This document shows positions 12,260-22,061 of a DNA stretch of 64,000 bases, piece after piece. Where the stretch lies: assembly GCA_965228475.1 (NCBI GenBank), contig OZ245817.1, forward strand, positions 3,424,001 through 3,488,000, written 5' to 3'. The translations under genes were made by a program, and so were the position numbers. Source of the DNA: Myxococcota bacterium. GTDB lineage: Bacteria; Myxococcota_A; UBA9160; JAFDDA01. The notes under the pieces were generated by a model. The model worked only from the letters and a program-made list of their open reading frames with translations. It did not search any database and was not told the origin of the DNA. Numbering within the stretch: position 1 is the first letter of the stretch; every line of letters begins with the position of its first letter.

Positions 12260-12363
12260 CGCGGGGTGGATGGGTCCCAGCCGAGACCGTAAACCACGCC
12301 CAGCAGTGCTCGTGACCCAGCCGCCCAAGACGCCGGTCTCGGCTGGGACCCATCCACCCCGCG
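12260..12363. repeat. Long inverted repeat B (30-bp perfect arms, 44-nt loop)
   Basis: 12260-12289 cgcggggtggatgggtcccagccgagaccg is the exact reverse complement of 12334-12363. Confidence 0.92.
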
Positions 12364-12397
12364 GTCTCCGAACCGAGAGTGGTAACCTCAGCGCTCG

Positions 12398-12796
12398 ATG
12401 GCCTCCGAGCACCACGAGCTGATCGTCATGCGCCAGCTCGCGAGCTACCTCGCGATGCCGATCTTCGTCCAGGACGAAGAGGGCACCCTCGTCTACTTCA
12501 ACGAGCCGGCCGAGCCGATCCTCGGGCGCCGCTTCGACGAGACCGGCGCGCTCTCGCGCCAGGAGCTCTGGGATCTGTTCCGCCCGGTGCGCGAGGACGG
12601 AAGCCCCCTCCCCTACGACGACAGCCCCTTCCGGACCGTCCGCGACCTCGGCGCGCCGATCCACCAGATCTTCCACATGCGCGGCATGGACGGCATCCGC
12701 CGGCACGTCGAGGGCACGGCGATCCCGCTGACGACGCCGGACGGCAAGATCGTGGGGTCGTTCTCGGTCTTCTGGGAGATCGACGAAGGGGCCTAG
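12398..12796 (+). CDS. Stand-alone PAS domain protein
   Basis: PIFVQDEEGTLVYFNEPAEPILG, EDGSPLP, PLTTPDGKIVG PAS-type motifs. Confidence 0.8.
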   Translation: MASEHHELIVMRQLASYLAMPIFVQDEEGTLVYFNEPAEPILGRRFDETGALSRQELWDLFRPVREDGSPLPYDDSPFRTVRDLGAPIHQIFHMRGMDGIRRHVEGTAIPLTTPDGKIVGSFSVFWEIDEGA

Positions 12797-12800
12797 GCCC

Positions 12801-13424
12801 GTGGAGCCTCGTGACTTGAAGTTCTACAACGCTGGTGCGCCCAACCCGCGCAAGGTCCGGATCTTCCTCGCGGAGAAGGGCCTCGAGATCCCTCGCATCG
12901 ACCTCGACCTGGGAGCCGGGGAGAGCCGGACGCCCGAGTTCCTCGCCAAGAACCGGCTGGGGGAGACTCCCGTCCTCGAACTCGACGACGGAACCATCCT
13001 GACCGAGAACAACGCGATCTGCCGTTTCCTCGAGGAGCTCCACCCCGACCCGCCCTTGTTCGGTCGCGACGCTCTCGAACGGGCGAAGGTCGAGATGTGG
13101 ACGCGTCGCATCGAGATCCAGGTCGTGGCGACGGCGGCGCACGTCGCCGAGCACACCTTCGAGTTCTTCGCCTCGCGGCGACGTCAGGTCCCGGAGTTCG
13201 CGGAGGCCGAGCGCGCGGCGCTCGGCGACAAGCTCGCCTGGCTCGACAGCGAACTCTCCGACGGCCGGCCCTTCGCGACCGGCGACCGCTTCACCTTTGC
13301 CGACATCACCGGAATGACGGCAGGGCTGATTCTCGGGTTCATCGATTGCACGGTGCCGGACGAGAACGTTCACCTGCGGGCCTACTTCGAGCGGCTGAAG
13401 ACCCGCCCGAGCTGGGACGCCTAG
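12801..13424 (+). CDS. Glutathione S-transferase family protein
   Basis: APNPRKVRIFLAEKG, EFLAKN, PVLELDDG, FTFADI. Confidence 0.9.
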   Translation: MEPRDLKFYNAGAPNPRKVRIFLAEKGLEIPRIDLDLGAGESRTPEFLAKNRLGETPVLELDDGTILTENNAICRFLEELHPDPPLFGRDALERAKVEMWTRRIEIQVVATAAHVAEHTFEFFASRRRQVPEFAEAERAALGDKLAWLDSELSDGRPFATGDRFTFADITGMTAGLILGFIDCTVPDENVHLRAYFERLKTRPSWDA

Positions 13425-15607
13425 CGCGCGTTCCGCGCGAGCCATTCGGCGCGCGCGACGAGCGCGGCCAGGGCGCCGACGGCGCGGTGGGCGCTCGGGT
13501 AGCAGACGCGGCCGGCCTCGCGGACGCCGGCGGGGCCGGCGTTCTCGTAACCGCGGCTCGTGTGCACGAGTTCGGTCGTCGTGAGCACGGGTTTGCCGTG
13601 GCGCTCGGACGCCTCCTTCGCGACCTGGGCGTAGCGCCGGTCCTGCCCCTCGTGGAACTGGCTGATGCGCTCGAGGCCGTGGTCCGGGAAGAACTCCCCC
13701 GAGCGGAAGACGTTCGCCTGGCCGGCCTGGATGCCGATGCCGAGGTGCAGCACGGCGTCGACCTCCGGGTGTCCGCACACGAGGTCGAGCACCTGCTCGA
13801 CGGTGTCACGCGTCTCGCCGCCGGCGAGGTCGATCGGGTTGTTGCGGCTCCAGCGCGGTGGGACGAGCTTGCCGATGGATTCGCGCAGGTCGTCGGGCAG
13901 CGCGATGACGTCGAGGCCGGCCTCGGAGCAGGCGTCCGCCGCGAGCACGCCCCAGCCGCCGACGGTCGTGAAGGTCACGGTGCGGCGGCCCGGCGGGAGC
14001 GGCTGGGTCGAGAACGTCGCGGCCCACTCGAAGGCCTCTTCGACGGTCGGGGCCCGCAGGGCGCCGACCTGCCGGGCGATGCCGTCGAAGACGCGATCGT
14101 CGCTCGCGAGCGCCCCGGTGTGGCTGGCCGCCGCCCGCTGGCCCGCGTCGCCGACACCGCCCTTCACGAGCACGAGGGGCTTCTTGGCCGTCAACCGGCG
14201 CATGGCCTCGATGAGCCGGCGTCCGTCCCCGACGCCTTCCAGGTAGGTCACGACGGCGTCGGTCTCGTCGTCCGCGGCGAAGTAGGCGAGCACCTCGGCA
14301 AGGTCGGTCTGGGCGGAGTTTCCGCACGAGACGGCCTTCGAGACACCGACGCCCGTCTGCACCGCGTAGTTCAGGAAGGCCGAGACGAGATTCCCGCTCT
14401 GGCTCACCACGGAGATGCGCCCGGGCGGCGGATACGGCGCCACGATCTGGGCGCACATGCTCTTGCCCGTCGAGATCACGCCCTGGCCGTTCGGCCCGAT
14501 CATCAGGAGCCCGAGTTCGTCGCACAGGGCCACGAGCTCGCGCTGGCGCGCGATGCCCTCCTCGCCCGCCTCGCCGTAGCCCGCGCTGCACATGAACGCC
14601 GCGCGCACGCCGCGCGCCGCGCACTCCCGGAGCAGGCCCTCGTTGATCTTCGCCGGCGTGCAGACGAACACGAGATCCGCCGCGCCTTCCGGAACGTCCG
14701 CGATCTCCTTGAAGGTCGGGCGGCCGAGGATCTCCTCGCCGTCGCGCTGGATCGGAAAGAGCTCACCTTCGAAGCCGTAGCGGAGGAGGTTGTGGTACGT
14801 GACGAAGCCGAACTTGCCCGGGTGCGCGGAGACGCCCGTCACGATGATGCCGCGCGGCGAGAAGAGCGGTGCGAAGCGCTCGCGGAGGGTCGCCTCGTCG
14901 GGGAGCGGGCGCACCGCGGGCTCGGGCGCTCCCTCGGCCAGCTCGACCAGGGCATCGACGGCGACCGGCCGGTCGCCCACCACGATCAACGGGTTCAGGT
15001 CGACGCTCGCGACGTCGGCCCGCTCCTCGGCGAGCCGCGAGAGCCCGAGCAGGACCTCGGCGAGCGCGCCGCGGTCGATGGCCGGCTCGCCGCGGAAGGG
15101 CTTCGTCACGAGGTGATGCGCCGAGAGGCCCTCGACCATCGCCTCCGCCTCTTCGCGGGCGAGCGGGGCCCGGGCGAAGACGGCGTCGGCGAGCGCTTCG
15201 GTGAGGATGCCGCCCAGGCCGAGCACCACGCAGGGCCCGAACTGCGGGTCGCGCACGAGGCCCGCGATGAGCTCCCGCCGCCCGGCGACCTGCTCGGCCA
15301 CGAGCAGGCCGACCTCGCCGTCCTCGGGGCGGGCCGCGGCCAGGAGCTCCGCGGCCTGGGACTCGACGGCGCCGGCGTCGCCGAGCCCCAGGCGCACGAG
15401 GTTGCGTTCGGTCTTGTGGGCGATGGCGTCGCCGCAGAGCTTCACGACGACGGGGAAGCCGAGCGCCTCGGCGGCCGCACGCGCCGCCACCGGATCCCGA
15501 ACGAACTCCTCCCGCGCGCACGGCACGCCGTACTGCGAGAGGAGCTGCTTGGATTCGTGCTCGGAAAGGGTGCGCGAAGCCGAGGAAGGGAACGAGGCGT
15601 CGGTCAT
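13421..15607 (-). CDS. ADP-forming acetate/acyl-CoA ligase, with ATP-grasp domain N-terminal and CoA-binding domains C-terminal
   Basis: LSEHESKQLL, GFPVVVK, HKTE, RDPQFGP, DLNPLIV, then IGPNGQG, SQSGN, AASHTGALA, NPIDL. Confidence 0.88.
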   Translation of the reverse strand: MTDASFPSSASRTLSEHESKQLLSQYGVPCAREEFVRDPVAARAAAEALGFPVVVKLCGDAIAHKTERNLVRLGLGDAGAVESQAAELLAAARPEDGEVGLLVAEQVAGRRELIAGLVRDPQFGPCVVLGLGGILTEALADAVFARAPLAREEAEAMVEGLSAHHLVTKPFRGEPAIDRGALAEVLLGLSRLAEERADVASVDLNPLIVVGDRPVAVDALVELAEGAPEPAVRPLPDEATLRERFAPLFSPRGIIVTGVSAHPGKFGFVTYHNLLRYGFEGELFPIQRDGEEILGRPTFKEIADVPEGAADLVFVCTPAKINEGLLRECAARGVRAAFMCSAGYGEAGEEGIARQRELVALCDELGLLMIGPNGQGVISTGKSMCAQIVAPYPPPGRISVVSQSGNLVSAFLNYAVQTGVGVSKAVSCGNSAQTDLAEVLAYFAADDETDAVVTYLEGVGDGRRLIEAMRRLTAKKPLVLVKGGVGDAGQRAAASHTGALASDDRVFDGIARQVGALRAPTVEEAFEWAATFSTQPLPPGRRTVTFTTVGGWGVLAADACSEAGLDVIALPDDLRESIGKLVPPRWSRNNPIDLAGGETRDTVEQVLDLVCGHPEVDAVLHLGIGIQAGQANVFRSGEFFPDHGLERISQFHEGQDRRYAQVAKEASERHGKPVLTTTELVHTSRGYENAGPAGVREAGRVCYPSAHRAVGALAALVARAEWLARNAR

Positions 15608-15638
15608 TCCCGCGTCTCTTGGACGCCTTCGGACAAGC

Positions 15639-15836
15639 TCAGTCCCTCGTCTCTTCTTCTTCGTCGCCCACGGGGAAGCCGTAGCCAGCCAGGTCGTCCG
15701 CGCTGGCGACCTGGTTGCTCTCGCCTGCGCCGTCCTCGCCGAGTTCGGCCTGGCGCTCCTTCTTCAGAGCCGCCTTTTCGGCCTTCTTCAGCTCACGCTG
15801 TCGCTTGAGAACCGAGGACCCACTCTTTCTTCCCAT
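15639..15836 (-). CDS. Small hypothetical protein (basic N-terminal helix, acidic C-terminus), 65 aa
   Basis: MGRKSGSSVLKRQRELKKAEKAALKK...DEEEETRD; GGGAG RBS directly after the thiolase stop. Confidence 0.7.
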   Translation of the reverse strand: MGRKSGSSVLKRQRELKKAEKAALKKERQAELGEDGAGESNQVASADDLAGYGFPVGDEEEETRD

Positions 15837-15847
15837 GGTGTGCTCCC

Positions 15848-17029
15848 CTAGGCGGCCTCGAACAGCGATGCGAAGCCCTGCCCGCCGCCGACGCACATGG
15901 TAACGATCCCGTACCGGCCGCCGCTGCGCTTCAGGTGGCGGAGCAGCGCGCCCGTGAGGCGCGATCCGGTCATCCCGAAGGGGTGGCCGATGGCGATCGA
16001 GCCGCCCGCCGGGTTCAGCTTCTCGTTGTCGATCTCGAGCACGCGCTGGCACTGGAGGAGCTGCGAAGCGAAAGCCTCGTTCAGCTCCACCGCGTCGATG
16101 TCGTTCATCGAGAGGCCGTGCTGCTTCAGGAGCTTCGGCACCGCGTAGATCGGGCCGATGCCCATCTCTTCCGGCCCACAGCCCGCCACGGCCGAGCCGC
16201 GGTAGATGCCGAGCGGCTCGACGCCGAGCTGGTTCGCCTTCTCGGCGCTCATCAGCAGGGTGGCCGAAGCGCCGTCGGAGAGCTGCGAGGCGTTGCCGGC
16301 GGTGATCGTGCCGTCTTCCTTGAAGACCGGCTTCAGGCTGTTCAGGCCCTCGAGCGTGGTCTGCGGGCGGTTGCACTCGTCCTTCTCGACGACGAACTCT
16401 TCCTCGTACGGATCCTCGCCCTTCTTCATCACCTTGCGGGTGACGGTCATCGGGGCGATCTCCTCGGCGACCCAGCCCTTCTCGACCGCGGCGGCGTAGC
16501 GCTGCTGGCTCTGGAGGCCGTAGGCGTCCTGGTCTTCGCGCGAAACGTCGTAGCGCTCGGCCACGATCTCCGCGGTGATGCCCATCGGGAAGTAGAGGCC
16601 CGGGAAGCGCTCCTGGGCGGTCTTGTTCGCCAGGCGGTTCGTGTTCTGGGTGCCGTCCTGCATCATCGTGATGGTCTCGCAGCCCGCGCCGATGGCGACG
16701 TCCGCGCCTTCGTAGATGCGGTTGGCGGCCATCATCACGGCCTGGGAGCCCGAAGAGCAGAAGCGGTTCACCGTGACGCCGGCGACGTCCTTCGGGAAGC
16801 CCGCGGCCATGGCGGCGATGCGCGCCATGTTCATGCCCTGGCAGCCTTCCGGGAAACCCGTGCCGACGATGACGTCGTCGATCTCGGCGGGGTCGAGGTT
16901 CTTCTGGCCCTCGGCGACGGCCTTGAGCACGTGGGCGGTGTAGTCGACCGGCTCGGTGATGTTGAACGAGCCACGGTGAGCCTTGGTGAGGCCCGTGCGC
17001 AGACTGTCGACGATGACGGCTTCCCGCAT
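15848..17029 (-). CDS. Acetyl-CoA C-acyltransferase (thiolase)
   Basis: TVNRFCSSG, NASQLSDGA, ELNEAFA, GGSIAIGHPFGMTG, MCVGGGQG; AAGGAG RBS. Confidence 0.95.
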   Translation of the reverse strand: MREAVIVDSLRTGLTKAHRGSFNITEPVDYTAHVLKAVAEGQKNLDPAEIDDVIVGTGFPEGCQGMNMARIAAMAAGFPKDVAGVTVNRFCSSGSQAVMMAANRIYEGADVAIGAGCETITMMQDGTQNTNRLANKTAQERFPGLYFPMGITAEIVAERYDVSREDQDAYGLQSQQRYAAAVEKGWVAEEIAPMTVTRKVMKKGEDPYEEEFVVEKDECNRPQTTLEGLNSLKPVFKEDGTITAGNASQLSDGASATLLMSAEKANQLGVEPLGIYRGSAVAGCGPEEMGIGPIYAVPKLLKQHGLSMNDIDAVELNEAFASQLLQCQRVLEIDNEKLNPAGGSIAIGHPFGMTGSRLTGALLRHLKRSGGRYGIVTMCVGGGQGFASLFEAA

Positions 17030-17161
17030 GGAGATCTCCTTTGCAGCGATTCGGGGAACCGCTAATGCTACACGGCCGGCCGGCACGCGCAAACCCCCGT
17101 TTCCGTGGGGATTTCGGGGCCGTCGGGGGCGGGCGAGGATTTCGCCGCGAGGGGGGAAGGC

Positions 17162-18616
17162 GTGGAGGGCATCCGCAGTGCCATGGCGTGGCTCGAGGGC
17201 GCCTTTGGCGAATGGGTCGTGGCGCCGCTGTCGGCGGTCATCTTCTTCGACCTCTGGTTCTGGGACGCGCCGGGCAAGGCCGGGGTCGAGCTCCCGGCGG
17301 TGGTCGCCTGGCTGATCGTCGGCGCGACCTTCTTCACCCTGCGCTTCCGCTTCGTGAACCTGCGCGCCTTCGGCCACGCCGTCGCCTGCATCCGCGGCAA
17401 GTACGACAAACCGGGCGACACCGGAGAGATCTCGCACTTCCAGGCGCTCTCGGCAGCGCTCTCCGCCACGGTCGGGCTCGGCAACATCGCCGGGGTGGCG
17501 GTGGCGGTCGGCCTCGGCGGGCCGGGCGCGGTCTTCTGGATGATCCTCGCGGGCTTCCTCGGCATGACCTCGAAGTTCGCCGAGTGCACCCTCGCCCAGC
17601 GCTACCGCACCGTGCGCGAAGACGGCCGCGTGGCCGGTGGGCCGATGTACTACCTGAAGGCCGGACTCGCCGAGATCGGCATGCCGCGTTTCGGCGCCGT
17701 GCTCGCGGCGATGTTCTCGGTCTTCTGCATCGGCGGGAGCCTCGGCGCTGGCAACATGTTCCAGGCGAACCAGGCCTACGTGCAGGTCTCGAACGTCGTC
17801 CCCGGCATGGACGGGGAGTTCTCCTCGGCGATCTTCGGCGTCGTGCTCGCCGCCTGCGTCGGCGTGGTGATCGTGGGCGGCATCCGCCGCATCGGGCTGA
17901 TCGCCGCGAGCCTCGTGCCGTTGATGTGTTCGGTCTACGTGCTGACCGGCCTGTTCATCCTGCTCGCGAACGCGAGCGAGCTCGCCGACGGCATCGTCAC
18001 CATCGTCCACTCGGCCTTCGCCCCCGACGCCGCCTACGGCGGCTTCGTCGGCGTCCTGATCCAGGGGTTCCGGCGCGCCTGCTTCAGCAACGAGGCGGGC
18101 GTCGGATCGGCGCCGATCGCCCACTCGGCCGCGCGCACCGAAGAGCCCGTGCGCGAGGGGCTCGTCGCCCTCCTCGAACCCTTCGTCGACACGCTCATCG
18201 TCTGCACGATGACCGGGCTCGTGATCGTCGTGACGGGCGCCCACCTCCAGCCGGGGCTCAGCGGCATCGAGATCACCTCCTGGGCCTTCGAGTCCGTCTT
18301 CCCCTGGTTCAAGTACGTGCTCTCGCTCTCGGCGGTGCTCTTCGCCTTCTCGACCCAGATCTCCTGGAGCTACTACGGCGAGCGCTCCTGGGAGTACCTG
18401 TTCGGCGACGGATCGACGATCGTCTACAAGGGCGTATTCCTGTTCTTCGTCTGGTTCGGCGCGGTCTCGGAACTCGCGGTGGTGGTCGAGTTCTCGGACC
18501 TGCTGCTGTTCGCCATGGCCTTCCCGAACCTGCTCGGCATCTACCTGCTGGCTAAGAAGATCGACCTCGACCTGACCTCCTACCTGACCCGCCTGCGCGC
18601 CGGCGCCTTCGACTAG
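17162..18616 (+). CDS. Alanine/glycine:cation symporter (AGCS family)
   Basis: GEISHFQAL, ATVGLGNIAGVA, GGPGAVFWM, GGPMYYL, FSNEAGVGSAPIAH. Start uncertain (17162 or 17183). Confidence 0.93.
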   Translation: MEGIRSAMAWLEGAFGEWVVAPLSAVIFFDLWFWDAPGKAGVELPAVVAWLIVGATFFTLRFRFVNLRAFGHAVACIRGKYDKPGDTGEISHFQALSAALSATVGLGNIAGVAVAVGLGGPGAVFWMILAGFLGMTSKFAECTLAQRYRTVREDGRVAGGPMYYLKAGLAEIGMPRFGAVLAAMFSVFCIGGSLGAGNMFQANQAYVQVSNVVPGMDGEFSSAIFGVVLAACVGVVIVGGIRRIGLIAASLVPLMCSVYVLTGLFILLANASELADGIVTIVHSAFAPDAAYGGFVGVLIQGFRRACFSNEAGVGSAPIAHSAARTEEPVREGLVALLEPFVDTLIVCTMTGLVIVVTGAHLQPGLSGIEITSWAFESVFPWFKYVLSLSAVLFAFSTQISWSYYGERSWEYLFGDGSTIVYKGVFLFFVWFGAVSELAVVVEFSDLLLFAMAFPNLLGIYLLAKKIDLDLTSYLTRLRAGAFD

Positions 18617-18691
18617 GCCGCCCTCCCCGCGCGGCTGCCCGGCCAAATCGTCCGATACCCGCCCCGCGGCGGGCCCGGTATGCTCCGCGCC

Positions 18692-19927
18692 ATGGCACGG
18701 ACCAACCCGCACTACGCAAAGCTTCAGGCCGGTTACCTCTTCCCCGAGATCGGACGGCGCGTGCGCGCCTTCGCGGAGGCGAACCCCGACGCCGCGATCA
18801 TCCGGCTCGGCATCGGCGACGTCACCGAGCCGCTCTCGCCCGTCGTCGTCGAGGCGCTGAAGGCCGCCGCCGACGAGATGGGGACCGCCGAGGGCTTCCA
18901 CGGCTACGGCCCCGAGCAGGGCTACGGCTTCCTACTCGATGCGATCGTCGAGCACGACTACCGCTCGCGCGGCGTGGACGTCGATGCCGAGGAAATCTTC
19001 GTCTCCGACGGGAGCAAGCAGGACAGCGGGAACATCCAGGAGATCTTCGGCGCCGACTGCCGCATCGTGGTGACGGACCCGGTCTACCCGGTCTACGTCG
19101 ACAGCAACGTGATGGCGGGGCGCACGGGCGAGGCGGACGGCGATGGCCAGTACGAGGGCCTCGTCTACGTGCCCTCCACCGAAGCGAACGGCTTCTCCCC
19201 GGGCCCCCCGAGCGAGGCGGCCGACGTCGCCTACCTCTGCTCGCCGAACAACCCGACCGGCGCCGTCATGACGCGCGAGCGCATCGCCGAGTGGGTCGCC
19301 TGGGCGCGCGCGAACGACGCCGTGCTGATCTTCGACGCCGCCTACGACGCCTTCATCCAGGACCCGGCGCTGCCGCGCTCGATCTACGAGGTCGACGGCG
19401 CGCGCGAGTGCGCGATCGAGATGCGCAGCTTCTCGAAGCGCGCCGGATTCACCGGCGTGCGCTGCGCCTACACGGTGATCCCGAAGGAGCTCACGGGCGA
19501 AGGGCCGGACGGCGCGCGGATCCCCCTGCGCGATCTCTGGAACCGGCGGCATAGCACCAAGTTCAACAGCGTCCCCTACGTGATCCAGAAGGCCGCGGCG
19601 GCCGTCTTCACGCCGGAAGGCCTGAAGCAGACCGGCGAACAGGTCGCCTTCTACATGGAGAACGCCCGGCGCCTGCGCGAGGGCCTCGGCGGCGCCGGCT
19701 TCACCGTCTTCGGCGGCGAGCACGCCCCCTACATCTGGCTGCGCACGCCGGGGGGTGCGGGCTCCTGGGACTTCTTCGACCGGCTGCTCGCCGAGACCCA
19801 CGTCGTCGGCACGCCCGGCGCCGGCTTCGGCTCCTCGGGCGAGGGCTACTTCCGCCTCTCGGCCTTCAACTCGCGGGAGAACGTCGACGAAGCCATCGCG
19901 CGGGTGACGAAGGCCTTCGGGAGCTAG
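18692..19927 (+). CDS. dapL: LL-diaminopimelate aminotransferase
   Basis: [62 protein letters not shown]. Confidence 0.95.
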   Translation: MARTNPHYAKLQAGYLFPEIGRRVRAFAEANPDAAIIRLGIGDVTEPLSPVVVEALKAAADEMGTAEGFHGYGPEQGYGFLLDAIVEHDYRSRGVDVDAEEIFVSDGSKQDSGNIQEIFGADCRIVVTDPVYPVYVDSNVMAGRTGEADGDGQYEGLVYVPSTEANGFSPGPPSEAADVAYLCSPNNPTGAVMTRERIAEWVAWARANDAVLIFDAAYDAFIQDPALPRSIYEVDGARECAIEMRSFSKRAGFTGVRCAYTVIPKELTGEGPDGARIPLRDLWNRRHSTKFNSVPYVIQKAAAAVFTPEGLKQTGEQVAFYMENARRLREGLGGAGFTVFGGEHAPYIWLRTPGGAGSWDFFDRLLAETHVVGTPGAGFGSSGEGYFRLSAFNSRENVDEAIARVTKAFGS

Positions 19928-19998
19928 CCGAAAGACTCCGCCCCTCGCGGATCCGATCGAATATGCTGGCCCCGGCGGATCGCCGCCGGGAGGCCAGC

Positions 19999-20835
19999 AT
20001 GGGTGTATCGACGGAGCGATGGCAGGCGGATGCGGCGAGCGCTGCGCCGCCGGCGGCCGCGGGCGCCACGCCGCGCTCGCTCTCTCCCACCGCGCGCCGC
20101 GCCTTCACGATCTGGACGGTCGTCTGGTGGAGCGGCGTCGTCCTCGCCGGCGGCCTCTTCTACGGCGGCGCGCTCGATTTCACGACGAGCGCCAAGGCCT
20201 CCCTCTACGGCGTCAGCATCTGGCTGAACGGCTGGCTGCTCGCCTACTGGGCCCGCAGCCGGGAGGCGCGCTCCGACCTCGACCTCCTCCACGACTGCCT
20301 CGTGCTCTGGATGGTCTCCTACGCGATCACGAACCTGGCCTGGGAGATCCCCTGGGTGATCCTCTCGCCCTTCGTCTTCGACGGCCTGCACACGCTCGAC
20401 GACCTCGTCGCCCAGACGGGCTACATGCGCTCGAGCCTGCCGAACATGTACTTCTGGGTGCTCTCGGCCTTCGGTTCGGTCGACCTCCGGACCGTCAACC
20501 ACGACCCGACGTTCTACTGCGTCGAGCTCTTCGCCTTCTTGAACCTGGCCACGACGGCCGCGTTCTTCCACCTGCACCGGAAGCGCTCGCCGTACCGGTA
20601 CCTGATCCCGCTGATCGGCTGCGGCGAGCCGATCGCCGCGACCTTCATCTTCTCGTTCTCCGAGGTCTTCGGAGGCTTCGCGAACATGCCGGGCGGCATG
20701 GCGGACACGCTCCTGGCCCTGGTCTGGACCCAGTACCAGTACCTGGTGTTCCCGCTGATCCTCGGCGGCTTCGCCTTCCGGCTGCTGCGCGAGGACCTGC
20801 GCCGTGAGGCGGTGGAGAAGGCCGCGCGCGCCTAG
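19999..20835 (+). CDS. Integral membrane protein, EXPERA/emopamil-binding-protein-like
   Basis: Several hydrophobic helices; FGSVDLRTVNHDPTFYCVE resembles the EBP D-x-R...D...C-x-E segment. Confidence 0.55.
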   Translation: MGVSTERWQADAASAAPPAAAGATPRSLSPTARRAFTIWTVVWWSGVVLAGGLFYGGALDFTTSAKASLYGVSIWLNGWLLAYWARSREARSDLDLLHDCLVLWMVSYAITNLAWEIPWVILSPFVFDGLHTLDDLVAQTGYMRSSLPNMYFWVLSAFGSVDLRTVNHDPTFYCVELFAFLNLATTAAFFHLHRKRSPYRYLIPLIGCGEPIAATFIFSFSEVFGGFANMPGGMADTLLALVWTQYQYLVFPLILGGFAFRLLREDLRREAVEKAARA

Positions 20836-21305
20836 AGGGCGGCGAGGATCGAGTCCGCGTCGGAGACCTCGAACTTCATCGGCGCCTCCACGGCGACGTG
20901 CTTCACCACGCCGTCCTCGGCCACGAGGGCGAAGCGCTGGCCGCGCAGGCCGAAGCCGATGCCCGTGCCGTCCATCTCGAGACCGAGGGCCTTCACGAGA
21001 TCCCCGTTGCCGTCGGCGATCAGCTCGACGGCGTCGCCGGCGCCGCGGTCCTTGCCCCAGGCGTCCATCACGAAGGCATCGTTGACGGCGGTGCAGACGA
21101 TCGAATCCACACCCTTGGCCTTGATCTCGGCCGCCTTCTCGATGAAGCCCGGCAGGTGCTTCGCCGAGCACGTGGGCGTGAAGGCGCCGGGCACCGAGAA
21201 GAGCACGACCTTCTTCCCGCCGAAGAGTTCGTCCGTCGTCACGTCGGACATGTCCGTCCGCTTGAGCTTCACGCTGGGAATCTTTTCACCGACCTGGATG
21301 GGCAT
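20832..21305 (-). CDS. Peroxiredoxin (Prx5 type)
   Basis: VPGAFTPTCSAKHLPGF, VNDAFVMDAW, ADGNG; AAGGAG RBS. Confidence 0.95.
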   Translation of the reverse strand: MPIQVGEKIPSVKLKRTDMSDVTTDELFGGKKVVLFSVPGAFTPTCSAKHLPGFIEKAAEIKAKGVDSIVCTAVNDAFVMDAWGKDRGAGDAVELIADGNGDLVKALGLEMDGTGIGFGLRGQRFALVAEDGVVKHVAVEAPMKFEVSDADSILAAL

Positions 21306-21337
21306 CGCTGGCTCCTTGTGGTTGCGGGAACGCTGGA

Positions 21338-22051
21338 TCATACCAGGGCAGGCCGTTCATCCCAGGTCTCCCCATCCAACGTTCGGCCGGTCCGCTTCTT
21401 TTGCACACCGCCCCACTGTTTAAAGAAGAACGGTACGCCGCGTGCAACACACCGGTCGCGAATACTGCGGACCCACTCCGCCTCGATGGGCCTCGCACCA
21501 GGCCCCGATTCGCCGCCAACGATCACCCAGCCAATACCCGCAAGCGGCAACCGACGGATCGGACCCAGGAGCGGCTCAACGGAGAGGAAGCGGAGCCTAG
21601 CGGGCACCTGTTGCAGGTCGCGAACCCGCTCGACGTAGTCCTTGTTTTCGACGCTCACCCCCATCCAGAGATTGCGAGGCCAATCGAGCTCGGGAGCGAT
21701 CTCGCGCAGGCGCTCGGAGCGTTTCGTCAGCACCTGGAACACGTGCTGATCCGCCCGCTTGATCGTGTCGAACACGGCGCGGATATAGTCGGTTGGCACG
21801 TCGGCATGGAAGAGGTCGCTCATCGAGTTGACGAAGATCACTCGCGGCGTCGCCCACCGAAGCGGCAGCTCCAGCAGATCGGGCTGGAGCGTCGGGCGGA
21901 AGCCGTTGCGGTAGCGGTGCTGCCCCATGGCATGCAGTCGCCCAGCCATGCGTTCCGCGTAGCAGAACTTGCACCCGGGGCTGATCTTCGTGCAGCCCGT
22001 GACCGGGTTCCACGTCGCGTCGGTCCACTCGATCGGGGAGAGCTGGGCCAT
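21338..22051 (-). CDS. DUF5131 (phage Gp37/Gp68-like) three-Cys protein
   Basis: [65 protein letters not shown]. Confidence 0.92.
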   Translation of the reverse strand: MAQLSPIEWTDATWNPVTGCTKISPGCKFCYAERMAGRLHAMGQHRYRNGFRPTLQPDLLELPLRWATPRVIFVNSMSDLFHADVPTDYIRAVFDTIKRADQHVFQVLTKRSERLREIAPELDWPRNLWMGVSVENKDYVERVRDLQQVPARLRFLSVEPLLGPIRRLPLAGIGWVIVGGESGPGARPIEAEWVRSIRDRCVARGVPFFFKQWGGVQKKRTGRTLDGETWDERPALV

Positions 22052-22061
22052 GCCGCGCCTC

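Noticed and set aside
12111..12363. Retron msr-msd or IS ends
   Set aside because: No reverse transcriptase or transposase in the window, and no obvious target-site duplication; kept only as an unexplained repeat.
15848..18901. Apparent giant fusion ORFs in the track (1017 aa here; also 7289-10015, 39320-42772, 57311-60883)
   Set aside because: Real genes extended upstream through stop-free antisense or off-frame sequence; internal starts with an RBS, a -10 box or an overlap with the upstream stop define the true CDS.
21338..22051. Prophage, suggested by the Gp37/Gp68 family name
   Set aside because: No structural, integrase or replication phage genes nearby.
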